A stretch of 64,000 nt of DNA from Tubulanus polymorphus (taxonomy: Eukaryota > Animalia > Nemertea): positions 5,208,001 through 5,272,000 of the forward strand of contig NC_134029.1 in NCBI RefSeq assembly GCF_964204645.1. Direction: 5' to 3'. The notes under the pieces are model-generated. The model made no database searches and had not been told where the DNA came from. It saw only the letters and a list, made by a program, of their open reading frames with translations. The position numbers and the translations under genes were made by a program. Position 1 is the first letter of the stretch; the number at the start of each line of letters is the position of its first letter. Shown piece after piece: positions 52,401 to 64,000 of this stretch.

Positions 52401-55400
52401 GCGGGATATGAAAGTAATTCATCAGATTTTATTACGCAGACACAAGAACCGCGACGTAAGGAATTGTATTCGGCGTTAATCTCTGAATCGCCCTGACACT
52501 CGCAGCGATGATGAAGCATTCGTTGTTATACAGTCAGGGCATGTTTATATTATTACCCGTAATAACTATAACGTGCCAAGTTAAAACTAACGCCTTTCAT
52601 TCTTTACTCTTCAATCCAACTCGTATCTATGATTTGCAGCGGTCTTATTCAATAGCGAGTTAATTCAACGTGTCAAGGGATTTACGCAGCCTGGATCTAA
52701 TATCATGTTCGCGTCTGGAATCGATTTCATTATTATATTAATTAAAAATGCGAAAATAAAAAAATAACTTGATTTGGAACGTTCTGTTTATTCTTTTTAA
52801 TGCAAAACTAAAGCTTTTATTTCTAATTGCACCTGATGATGGCTGTTAGTCAAGAGCCAAAACGTTCTGGTTTCGTTTCAATGAATTCTATCGTATAAAA
52901 TTTGAATTGCGGGACATTTTCAACAGTTTACACAGATTAGAGTGTTTTATTCGACTACTAAAGCTTCTATCTCATTTTGGTTTTTTGTGCTGGTGTGTAC
53001 GGGGTAAAACATATACAGTTATATCATAGACGTATAAACTTATAAACTAGAAACTCTAGTTTATACGTCCATCGTTATTACGGACATCGAGCGGTATTTC
53101 TGTTTTATGCAAATCAATGCACGCTCGTGGTTACCGGTTACAATCCGTGCTGTTGGGCCGATATTCACTCGTGCTTTTTTCTCGATACGAAAATCACTTC
53201 TTGATTCTTAATGAACACAACAACATCATAACTTGCATAGTCGACAAAATGAAGCGTAAGAAAGTGCTTCATCCGTGCATAGATAGAATACAAAATAGGT
53301 TGTGCTTTAAATGCAAAGTGCAATCATAGTGTTTTGAACAACAAGCAAAACGAAATCCTTCTCTCGAAAACTGTTCAATTTAACTCCGATACTCGTCTTT
53401 CTATACGAGCTTTCGTTTGCATGCGAAGAAGTAATTAAGCAATGTCGTTTGTGAAGAGGTAAACATTCGCAATGTATCGCGAATAATAGCAAAGTCATTT
53501 GTGACTTTCACAATTAATTACACGCGATTATACGAATGTAGATTTGCAAAACCTGATACGGAAAAAAATGTGGTCGACGATATAGCATGTGATTGCCTTC
53601 GATCGAAATAAAGTCGTCAAGACGAAAACCGACCCGAATGAGTGTAAATAAAAGACACGTCAATAGCCTAGAAGATAGGTTATCTCTTCGTGCAGAGCCC
53701 TGGGGATTCGACAATTGCATTGGTGGCGTCTGCCAGAGCAAATAAAACTGTACATTTTGCGGATTTTTTTGCCGTCCAAGTGCGAGGCTACAATTCCGCG
53801 TGGACCGATTTCGCGGCTCGTTTATGTATTTGATGACAGATATAAATTAGCCCTAAGTAAATACGTAAACGAACACAAACAAAGTTGTAAATATCAATTA
53901 TAGATGAAAGAGTGGAAGTCGTTGACCAAGACTACAGGGGTTCGGCTAGCATTTATACGTAAATTGCGATCTTCGGTTGAGAAATATCGAAATAGGAGGA
54001 AATCTTATGGATCCAGCTGATGTAATTCCATCTTCCCGAGATAATTTTGCGAAGAAAATTGTCGTAACCAAGCGCTTAAATTTCTAATACGACTTATTAT
54101 AAACCAAACTATCAATCTTCGTCGTCATTGTGGTTCATTAGTCGTTGACGTTTTACGCGCGTCAAAATTGACTTCGCATTTCGTTTATCAAGATCGTTCA
54201 ATATCTAAACGATTCAGATCAGTAATTAATCACTGAGTGTTGCTAAACTCAAAGAAATCTGACTGAATTTTATTATTTGATATATTTTCAGGTTTTGTCC
54301 GAGTGTGTTTTTGTATCTATGTAGCGTCATTCCATCGACGTGGTTCATAGAGTTGGACCTTCTGGAGAAACGGGTTACGCATACAAACATGACGAAAAAT
54401 TTCACCGACTCTACACCGACAACCGACGGTAAAGACGCGACTACGCTGAACGGGTTCCATGAAGAAGAACACCACGATAAATACTTAGTCCTCGAAGGAG
54501 TGAGTACAAAACCATTAAACAGTTTTACTGTGTAACAACGCTCGAGGGGCCGGGTTGGCTATTCAATTTGGTAGATAATGGAGAAGTATGATTATGTTAG
54601 AATGATTAAGACACAATGTTCTGATAAAGAATGACCACTTCTAGATTAGAATAATGTCGAAGAGTATTCGAGAACGCGATATAAAGGTTCTCAAATAAGA
54701 GCATTGACCATAACCGAAAGACTAATCGTAATTACAAGTCTGCATTGCTTAATTGATATCAAAACAAAATTGATTTTAGATCTTACTTTGAATGCTTTCG
54801 AAGAAAATGTATTGCTACCTTTCCAGATCACGAACTGTATTGATAACTGATAACGCTAATGCGAGGTAGCCCGATACATACAGCCACAAAATGTGTGTAA
54901 CAGTCTACTTAAATATTCTGGTATCGCATTGTATATGTCTATTTGGGCAGTAAAAGCATCCATTTCTTTACAAAAGTATCGACATATGAATACAGAAATC
55001 GCCTGTTCGATGGGGAAGAAAAACATAATCAGATAACCCTACTATCGGGATTCAGGATGGCGAGATTTCGTGATAAGAATCCACTAAGATGTTCGCTTTC
55101 CCAAGTGCGAGGCTACAAATCTGCGTAGATTGGCTTATTTCTTCATTTGACGACAGGTCTTAATCAGCCCCAAGTAGATAGTATTTAAGTATACTAATGG
55201 AAAGCAAGTTGTAATAAACGTCAATAAGAGATGAAAGATTTAAAAGAAAAAAGATAAAAGTTCAGTTGGGGGAATATTGAGATATATACGATGAAATAAA
55301 ATGAAAAATAAAGGATAAGGATGGGTTTGATTGAGTACATGATACACTCCTTTTCACTCGAGACTGGGAGTAGTAAATGAATAAAACGCTATCAATTTAG

Positions 55401-56339
55401 AAAAGCAAACTGATGGTACATATTCTTAATTCTAATGTATTTCAGTTGATCATTCCGATTATGTTTTCCCCGGAAGGTTGGGCGAAGGTTCTCGAACAGC
55501 TCCTGCTACTGATACTAATTATTGGAAGATGGCTGTTACCCAAGGGTAAAATCACACGTGATCAGCTATCTCAACTACTACTGGTTTATATAGGAATGGC
55601 GGCCGATATATTAGAGTTGTTTGAGGCGTTTAAAGAGGATATTGTCCAAACGAATATAATTCTAACCATGGCGATTCTTGGATGTTGGTCGTTGAGCGTG
55701 TTGCAATTTTCGTTGGTCGTCACTTCGACTAGAAAACGCAGTAAACGGAAGCGGAAATGGCATCACGACCACTGTTGTTTCTGTTGCGAGACGGAGATAT
55801 GGGCGATAGCTACTACGGTGTTAATGCAAGATCTGCCATTTCTCGTCTTGAGACTTTTGCTCATCGTTAAATTTAAAGTGTTGAGTTATATGAATATATT
55901 TTTCACGTGTAAGAACACGTTGGTCGTATTGCTGCAGGTGTACCGAGGCTTTACCCTGTGTTACGAGCGCGAACGAGTCCTCAAAAAGAACGGCGAAATC
56001 ACGCTCGTACGTCACGTGAGCACGACGGCGAATTTGTGCGAGCATTCGCGAGACTATTCCTGGAAAAGTCTCAGCATGACGACCGACCTCTCACCGGAAA
56101 CTGATATTACTGACGTCCGACCGATAATAAAGCGAAGAACGGATTTGATGCTTCCGAGTCCAGAATCGTGGCACGAAGATGCCGACGCAAAAAGCCAAGC
56201 CGTGACGCCGCAGAACTGTAACTATCTACCACAGACTCGTATACCACCCAGCATTTCATACGAGTTAGAACGAGCGAACTCTATCCAACGAAACATTAGG
56301 AACACTCCAGCGTATATCGCTGACACGGAAGATTTGTGA
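49430..56339 (+). CDS. TMEM26: Transmembrane protein 26 family, ~431 aa, 3 coding exons
   Basis: Exons 49430-49623, 54292-54499 and 55446-56339 join in frame (1296 nt). Family motifs GEWKWFCPSVFLYL, EQLLLLILIIGRWLLPKGKITRDQLSQLLLVYIGMAADILE, QDLPFLVLRL, FFTCKNTLVVLLQVYR. Confidence 0.9.
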
Positions 56340-56863
56340 CGAAGCTAACTATCATTGATAAAACATGAAATAGTCGTTGTTGTCGAACAAACAAAAAATA
56401 TCATTAAACAAACGATTACGATTATGTAAACTGTTTTAATCGAGTTACAATAATATATGTATCTAAATTTGCCAAAAATACTCCGAATGATTCCTCTTTT
56501 CTTGGAGCTAAATATCATCCTAGCGAACAAAAACCCGAAGCCCGATCTTATGAGCACCGTAGGTTCGTAGGTTCGAATCCCGATGGGTGCCTTCCCCCAG
56601 AAAATTTTGAAATACAGGATGCCGTATATGCGATTTCCAGGCATCTGAAGACAAAATCCACACTGTTGTCTTTTTTTAAACCTATCTCAGCAAAAATAAG
56701 GGGGCGTAGGCCGCTTCCAACCCCCCCCCCCTCCTAAATCGACCGGTTATCGCGGCAGAAGGTCTTTACTCCCTGATCCTTTCGAGATTTTTGAACGTGG
56801 ATCAACCTTTCTACAGGAAAGATTTGAACTAGGGCGTTTACAATATCATATACACACGTCGTT

Positions 56864-57067
56864 TTTATTGTTCCTTTGTCCATTAGATGCCATTCCATAA
56901 CATGTTGTAGATCGAATTTAAGCGAACAACAACGTCGAACTATTGAATCTCAGCTTGCTCTTGTCTGAACAGTCGAAATGCTCACATTTCTTACATTCCT
57001 TTTAACAGACTTAGTCGAAAGTGCAAAAACGAAGAGTTTTGCCTACGTCCAGTTTTATGATATATGT
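56864..57067 (+). pseudogene. Degenerate remnant of a PDI promoter/exon 1
   Basis: 56864-56993 aligns with 57522-57666 (TTTATTGT..., TGTTGTAGATCG.AT..AAGCGAACAA, ATCTCAGCTTG, AAATGCT.ACATT.CTT). It encodes MLTFL...KSFAYVQFYDI, resembling MLTFL...[13 protein letters not shown]. Confidence 0.6.
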
Positions 57068-57651
57068 CAAATGTTATTTCAAACTAGTGTAACCAAGTTG
57101 CAGAGGATAACGGAGACAATTTGAAACTAAAGACGAACACATTACTATCTTAGAATTTTTCTTTACCAAACCTGAGACAATCTGAAAGAAAATGCTGCTG
57201 ACTCTGATCAATTTGACTATTGCATTTGTGACGCCTGCCAGGCCAAAAAAAACTATATTTTGTAAAATTAACTAACGTCCAAGTGCGAGGTCTTAAAACA
57301 TCAATAAGGCGCGATTGTTGGGTTTCATAAGTGCTACCGGTTATCACGGGGAAATCACTCTATTTCCAATGAGTACATATCTATGGACTCTACGATAATC
57401 ATGAAAGAAGCGCTAAGTTTCTACAAAGAAAACCCCCTATTGTGACTTAAAGTCAATTTCCCAGTACTGGTCGTTATAAATAGCACTTCTGAACAGGAAC
57501 TTTTACAATTCCACGTAATGCGTTTTATTGTCCCCCTTTGGCCAATAGGGGCCTTGCCTCGTTTGTTGTAGATCGTATTAAAGCGAACAATTGCGTTGAA
57601 CTTATTGTATCTCAGCTTGTTCTCTCGCCTGTGCTTATCTCGACGGTCAAA

Positions 57652-60600
57652 ATGCTTACATTCCTTCTGATATCTGTTGCTGTGGTGCTTACTGGTGCTT
57701 CCGATGGCATAGACTTAACGGATTCTGACTTTGCAAGCAGGATTAAAGAATATGACTTGGCTCTGGTTGATTTTTTTGCTCCTTGGTAAGTGCGGCCAGT
57801 ATAATGCACGCTGTTAACATTGAATCCTTGTTTCAATTATATTGTTGAGGTTTTTGAGGTTTACGTATTCCAATTGCATCTGTATCTGTTGGAATATTAA
57901 ATGTGATATAAAATCATTTCTATGTTTAAATACGATTATCAATCCTTTTGACTTGTTTGAAGGTGCGGACAATGTAAGAGACTGGCTCCAGAATATGAAT
58001 CAGCTGCCATTACGATTCTTAAGAATGATCCTCCTATAAGATTATTCAAGGTTGGTCTCTTCATAAAGTTAATGGTCTAAACATTGAAGCGTGCACTAAT
58101 TTTGACTCCTTGAGTAATCTATTTCTAGGTTGACTGCACAGAAAGTGGCAAGGAAACTTGTTCAAAGTATGGCGTGTCTGGGTATCCTGATCTGCGAATA
58201 TTCGAATATGGCAAGCTGCGAATGAAATATGATGGCCCCCGAGACTCAAGTACGTATTCTGCAGGATACAAATGTCTTCTTTGTTAGTTGGCGATAAACT
58301 AATGATATACCCGATATATATTTTTTTTGTTTTTAGGCGGCATAGTAACTTATATGAAAAAGAAGGCTTCCCCTGTAAAACACTTAAAAGATCTAGACCA
58401 CGCTACTCTCGTCCTCAAAGCTGCTGAGAAACCGATGGTTATTGGTAAGACCAAGATTGTATCGATGACAAGTCAGAATCTGTCTAGAGCGTTTTGTCAT
58501 ACCGGTTAATATAGAGATATCACCCGGAAATCTGTCTACTTCAATCCTTTTTCATATTGTTAACAGGTTTCTTTGAAAAGGATGACGCCGACCTTCGGGA
58601 GAAGTTTCGCAAAGCAGTTAATGAATTTAATGGAATGTTCACATTCGCTTATTCAAGCAACAAAGATATCAACGCGGGACTCAAACATAATGAGTAAGTA
58701 GTTTTTTTGTGGGTATATGGGCACAGTTTCATGTTGCGTATATCTCAAAAACCTCTAGGGGATAAATGAGTGTCTGAATAACATCGACGATTGTCAAAGC
58801 GTATTCATTAGAACAAACTAGGTTTTAGTTTACTGGGATTAAAGGCTATTGTCGTTGAAACAAAATTTAACTATTTAGATTTTTGGTTAAGTGCGATGAG
58901 AGATGACGAAATGTTTCAATACACCGTCATCTCGGTTGTGTCTATCGCCGCTTTGTCGGTTAGCTGAAAGCATGGACGTATCTCTAACCGCGTGGTAAAT
59001 TTTCATATTCCGGTTCGGCTACGTTTAAAAACCAGTCTAAACAAGTGACTGATTTTCAGTAGACTACATTGCGCCCTAGACTCGTCTGTGCGGGCTTGTT
59101 AATCCCGTCTCTAGAAGACATTTACGACGTATATTGTGAATCATTTGATCAAATCCACGATGTGTTCGGGCGCCCACAGCATGGACACCACGAATGAATG
59201 TATTTGGTCCGAACAGGCGCGAGCCAAATTTTCGCACAGGTGAAATTATTTCGGCGCGTGTGAAGTGACTCACTTCGCTTTGTCACGGCAATTTGGGGGT
59301 GGTCTCGGGGGGCTGCCTTCCTAATGAGGTTGTCCTTTTCAACAAGTCAAAGATCGTTAAGACCTCCATATTTGACGGTCATCCTTTCGGAATTTTTCGA
59401 TGTTTTTCTTAGAAAGAGAAATCTAATAACGGGGATGGGAACCCAATAGTAGCATATGAAATGGCTGCTTTCATCTGAATGATGCCTTTTTGGGTCAGAT
59501 CGCAGCTAATGAATATACTTCAAAGCAGTCCTGTTAACATCAGCAATAAGTTGATTTTGTCAAAACTTCCTATGAAAGTAAAGTCATATCGTATCAATAC
59601 AAATGCCGTGAAAGGTAGTTGTGTAATCTATACATTACTGTTTTTTTTCTGTGTGATATTGTATCCCCCATGTATGCTTGTATATCGTCACAAAGTTACA
59701 ATAATGATTGTGATGGTTTTTTTTAGTGAAATAGTTTTATACCGCCCGAGATTCTGGAAGAATAAGTACGAAGATTCGGAAGTTGTCTACAAATCCGGAG
59801 ATATTTTGCAGTTTATAAAAAACAATATATTCGGTCTTTGTGGAATAAGGGATTATAATAATCAGAAATATTTCAAAACCCCGCTGGTCGTCGTTTACTA
59901 TGAGATCGATTTCAAACGAAATCCCAAAGGATCAAAGCATTGTAGAGACAGGTACCTCGAAATTCGAAATCTGTTGATATGAGAAATTCTAATGATATCA
60001 ATTCAATACAAACTGAATGATCATAAATTACCGATTTTCATCATTTAGAATTTGGATTTGTTGCTAAAAGTTATAAGTTACATGGACGTAAATCAACAGA
60101 TCAGCTTAATACACATGATATACATTGTTTTTGTTCGTTTACAAAATAGCGTGCTAAAATTGGCGAAAAAGTTCATAGGGAAGAATGTGAATTTTGCCGT
60201 CTCAAAACGTGGCGAATATTCGAGGATGTTGGATGATTATGGCTTAGTCGGATCAAGTGTAAACGCCATCGCAACGAATAATGACGGTCAAAATTTCGTG
60301 ATGGCTGAAGAATTTGAGTTCGTCTAATTTTTCAAATCTTTATGACCTTGACCGATATATGCCACTCGATTTTTGTCGATTTTCTCTAGAAAAGAGCTAA
60401 ACGTGCAACGTAATTTACTTTTATCCAGTGAGGAAACCTTGGAGAGATTTGTGCAGAATTTTCTGGACGGCAATCTGGAGCCTTACATGAAGTCCGACCC
60501 GGTACCAGAACACAACGATGGTCCAGTAAAGGTAAAATGACATTCGAAATATGAATATTTTACTTTATTCAGCATATGTGGCACTTACATTAGAACGTAT

Positions 60601-61477
60601 TTCAATTCATGTTTGATATTAATTCAAACTGCGTACTTAGGTTTTATATGATAATCTTTTCTAGGAAGTGGTTGCTATAACTTTCAATAAAATAGTCAAC
60701 GACCCAACTAAAGATGTGCTCATAGAATTTTACGCTCCTTGGTGCGGACACTGTAAACGTCTAGAACCTAAATATAACGAACTAGGCGAAACCGTGAGTT
60801 GAAACCATAAATAAACTTCGTATGTAGTTTTCACATATTATTTATGTGAAAAATGCGTGAAATTACGTTTAAACGTATTATTCAGTTAAAGGATGAGAAG
60901 AGCATAGTGATCGCAAGATTTGATGCAACAACCAATGACGTACCACTGCCATACCATGTCCACCAGTATGTAGAAATTTTATCGTTCATATTTCCAGGCA
61001 TCTGCTAAAATATACTGGCTATATGATGGCAGTGTTAAAAAACAGACATAACTTATTTTCAATTACTGTGACTGTCCATTATTGTGACAACAGCTTACCG
61101 TTAATTATCACAGTTATTCTCCGAATTACCCGAATAACATACAGGTACCGGTACCGGTATGGCTGTTTCGAAAACAACGACTGATCGAAATCTCTCCGAA
61201 CTTTTTGTATAATAGGTTTCCAACTATCTATTTCGTACCAGTTGGATCTAAATCGCACCCGCAAGTCTATAACGTGAGTATTACTCTTAATATTGTAAAC
61301 ACCAGTTCAAAAAGGGATAACCATTGCAATATCTGTTTTTTCACGACTTAAGATTTGATCACCGCTAAACGGCTGTATATCTTTATGGTCTTTTTCTATT
61401 AAATGTTTTTTCAGGGAGGTCGTGAACTTGAAGATTTCCTCGCATTTTTAAGGAAGATGAATTCTTTGGGTAATTAA
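57652..61477 (+). CDS. PDIA3: Protein disulfide-isomerase A3 (ERp57)-like, divergent; a-b-b'-a' architecture, ~12 coding exons
   Basis: Signal peptide; FFAPW|[15 protein letters not shown]; [20 protein letters not shown]; YDGPR; [15 protein letters not shown]; [16 protein letters not shown]; [21 protein letters not shown]; FDATTNDVP; FPTIYF; GGRELEDF. All exons splice in frame; stop at 61475-61477. May be a paralogue rather than the true orthologue. Confidence 0.88.
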
Positions 61478-62864
61478 AACCAAAAAAGGAAGCGCCGCTA
61501 TAGCGATAAAGATAATAATGTTTTATTTAAGAATTAAATAACACTATAAAGTAGTAGCAATTAGTACAAAATATTGTAAAATAGGACGTTGGACGACAAG
61601 TGAAGTTACAATAAACTTATCAGTCGCCCACACACTCACATTCACGCCCCATTCATACATACAACTTACATGACAAAAACATTCAACATAGAAAATATGA
61701 TAATTCCAGGATATTCAGTATATTAGATTGATCAATTAGAAGTACATAATTTCATCTAAACAAATTGGGAAATGAGATGATTTTTTACAGTATTTCCAAA
61801 CGACGAGATAGAATGACATAATTTCAGATTTTTCTGCACAGAGTTCCAGAGTTTTGGGCCATTGTGGATTATTGTAAATTGCCTATAATTATGCTTTGTG
61901 AAAGTTACATCTAATTCCTTACATCGACGTGTATTGTGGTTGTGTTTAACTTTGTAAATAAATTATTTTATCGCTTGGGAAGTAGGTCATTTATAGATTT
62001 AAACATGAAGTGTAGAACTTGTTGATTATTGATATCGAATATTGTGAGTTGTTTCGTAGATTTGAATAATGGTCCTGAATGTTCTAGGTAATGTTTCTTA
62101 TTTATTATGCGCGTAGCTTTTTCTGTAGGGTATAGAGATTATTTAGTCTAGAGGGGTAGTTGTTAGCCCCGACGATATTACAGTATTGTATGTGAGGTAA
62201 TGCTAATGATTGATATATTGATATATATTGATACATTGAGTTATTTTTGATAGAATCAAAACTATTTGATTCGGATTGGTTTTGTGTCTATGAATTTTGA
62301 TTTATTTTGGTTAGATGATACGCCGTTAGTCTGGATTCGACATCGATTATCAGTTAATTTACCATGATGGTTGTCACGTTTGAAAGTAGAATATATACAG
62401 TATAGAATTTTCCTTTTGTTCCTTTTTGTTCTAATGGATATCTTAGTTGCAAAACATATCGGATTTTGTTGATAAACTCAGGTCATTAATTCATACTCGG
62501 TCGTTGAGAACAAAGCAAGTTTACAGTTATCGCTAATGATGGTGGTATGATGACGGCACAGTGGCTATTATTATTCTTCCCATTCTGCTGTGGAATGGTA
62601 GGTTCTGGTGAGAAAGACGGAGGTCGTATTGAGAACGGATTGTTGGGTGTTATTTACATACCAAAGGAAAATTGACAATTGAAAATTGCGTAATCACCGA
62701 TAATCTAGTATCAGTTCGTGCTCCATAACCCCAGCTATCAGGTTCATTTGGTAATACATCAGTTATTGTCAAGACGAAGCATATCAACCACATTATAAAG
62801 ATCGACAATATCAACTGAAATGGGAATATCAGTAGCTTTTTTTACAGTAACTCGGATGCATTTC

Positions 62865-64000
62865 GAGATATTGGCGATAGCTACTACGGTGTTAAAGCAA
62901 GGGCTGCCATTTCTCGTCTTGAGACTTTTGCTTATCGTTAAGTTTAAAGTGTTGAGTTATATGAATATATTTTTCACGTGTAAGAACACGTTGGTCGTAT
63001 TGCTGCAGGTGTACCGAGGCTTTACCCTGTGTTACGAGCGCGAACGAGTCCTCAAAAAGAACGGCGAAATCACGCTCGTACGTCACGTGAGCACGACGGC
63101 GAATTTGTGCGAGCATTCGCGAGACTATTCCTGGAAAAGTCTCAGCATGACGACCGACCTCTCAGCGGAAAGTGATATTACTGACGTCCGACCGATAATA
63201 AAGCGAAGAACGGATTTGATGCTTCCGAGTCCAGAATCGTGGCACGAAGATGCCGACGCAAAAAGCCAAGCCGTGACGCCGCAGAACTGTAACTATCTAC
63301 CACAGACTCGTATACCACACATTATTTCATTCGAGTTAGAACGAGCGAACTCTATCCAACGAAACATTAGGAACACTCCAGCGTATATCGCTGACACGGA
63401 AGATTTGTGACGAAGCTAACTATCATTGATAAAACATGAAATAGTCGTTGTTGTCGAACAAACAAAAAATATCATTAAACAAACGATTACGATTTAACTG
63501 TTTTAATCGAGTTACAATAATATGTGTATCTAAATTTGCCAAAAATACTCCGAATGATTCCTCTTTTCTTGGAGCTAAATATCATCCTAGCGAACAAAAA
63601 CCCGAAGCCCGATCTTATGAGCACCGTAGGTTCGTAGGTTCGAATCCCGATGGGGGCCTTCCCCCAGAAAATTTTGAAATACAGGATGCCGTATATGCGA
63701 TTTCCAGGCATCTGAAGACAAAATCCACACTGTTGTCTTTTTTTAAACCTATCTCAGCAAAAATAATAATGGGCGTAGGCCGCTTCCACCCCCCCCCCTC
63801 CTAAATCGTCCGGTTATCGCTGCAGAAGGTCTTTACTCCCTGATCCTTTCGAGATTTTTGAACGTGGATCAACCTTTCTACAGGATACATTTGAACTAGC
63901 GCGTTTACAATATCATATACACACGTCGGTTTTATTGTTCCTTTGTCCATTAGAGGCCTTCCCATAACATGTTGTAGATCGAATTTAAGCGAACAACAAC
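62865..64000 (+). pseudogene. Duplicated 3' half of TMEM26 exon 3 plus downstream flank (start of a second tandem duplication)
   Basis: Near-identical to 55794-~56930 (offset ~7.07 kb). Begins mid-exon, lacks exons 1-2, and has W>L, M>K and D>G changes close to the breakpoint. Confidence 0.85.

Noticed and set aside
53030-53069. Short hairpin GACGTATAAACT...AGTTTATACGTC in TMEM26 intron 1
   Set aside because: A real inverted repeat, but most likely a collapsed MITE remnant; no support for a structured RNA gene.
56560-56590. GGTTCGAATCCC tRNA B-box-like motif (also ~63637)
   Set aside because: No cloverleaf or convincing A-box; it lies at the edge of a common interspersed-repeat-like segment.
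57505-57550. ER-stress element upstream of the PDI gene (CCACGT and CCAAT)
   Set aside because: Order and spacing do not match ERSE (CCAAT-N9-CCACG), and the UPRE match is imperfect.
61450-61473. KEDEF in an alternative frame at the PDI C-terminus as a hidden ER-retrieval signal
   Set aside because: Out of frame with the conserved GGRELEDF exon and not terminal (followed by FG); probably chance.

Overview
Eukaryotic genomic DNA, AT-rich with many short GT-AG introns, most consistent with an invertebrate animal. I assembled gene models by hand from splice signals and reading frames. Bases 1-10.8 kb are mostly non-coding, with MITEs, (TA)n tracts and a probable signal-peptide first exon pointing out of the window. 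Next is an SHB/SHF-family SH2 adaptor (-) head-to-head with an unusual Roco-type gene (+): its Roc GTPase domain is split by a ~300-aa multi-pass membrane insert and followed by COR and a spliced C-terminal TIR domain. Then comes a tandem duplication (unit A ~19934-31310, unit B ~31311-39452). Each unit holds an orphan class A GPCR (-), a divergently transcribed 8-Cys secreted peptide gene (+) and an SLC23 nucleobase transporter (+). In unit A the peptide and transporter are pseudogenes, the GPCR is still open, and a 2.2-kb long-TIR element has inserted. After that are a soluble single-domain ACE-like M2 peptidase with two TATGG-ended, 6-bp-TSD MITEs, TMEM26, a divergent PDIA3/ERp57-like gene (CGQC/CGHC, no KDEL-type tail), and the start of a second, younger duplication running off the right edge. 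The best candidates for an undescribed system are the membrane-embedded Roc-COR-TIR protein and the linked peptide/GPCR pair. No database searches were run; family calls rest on motif recognition.
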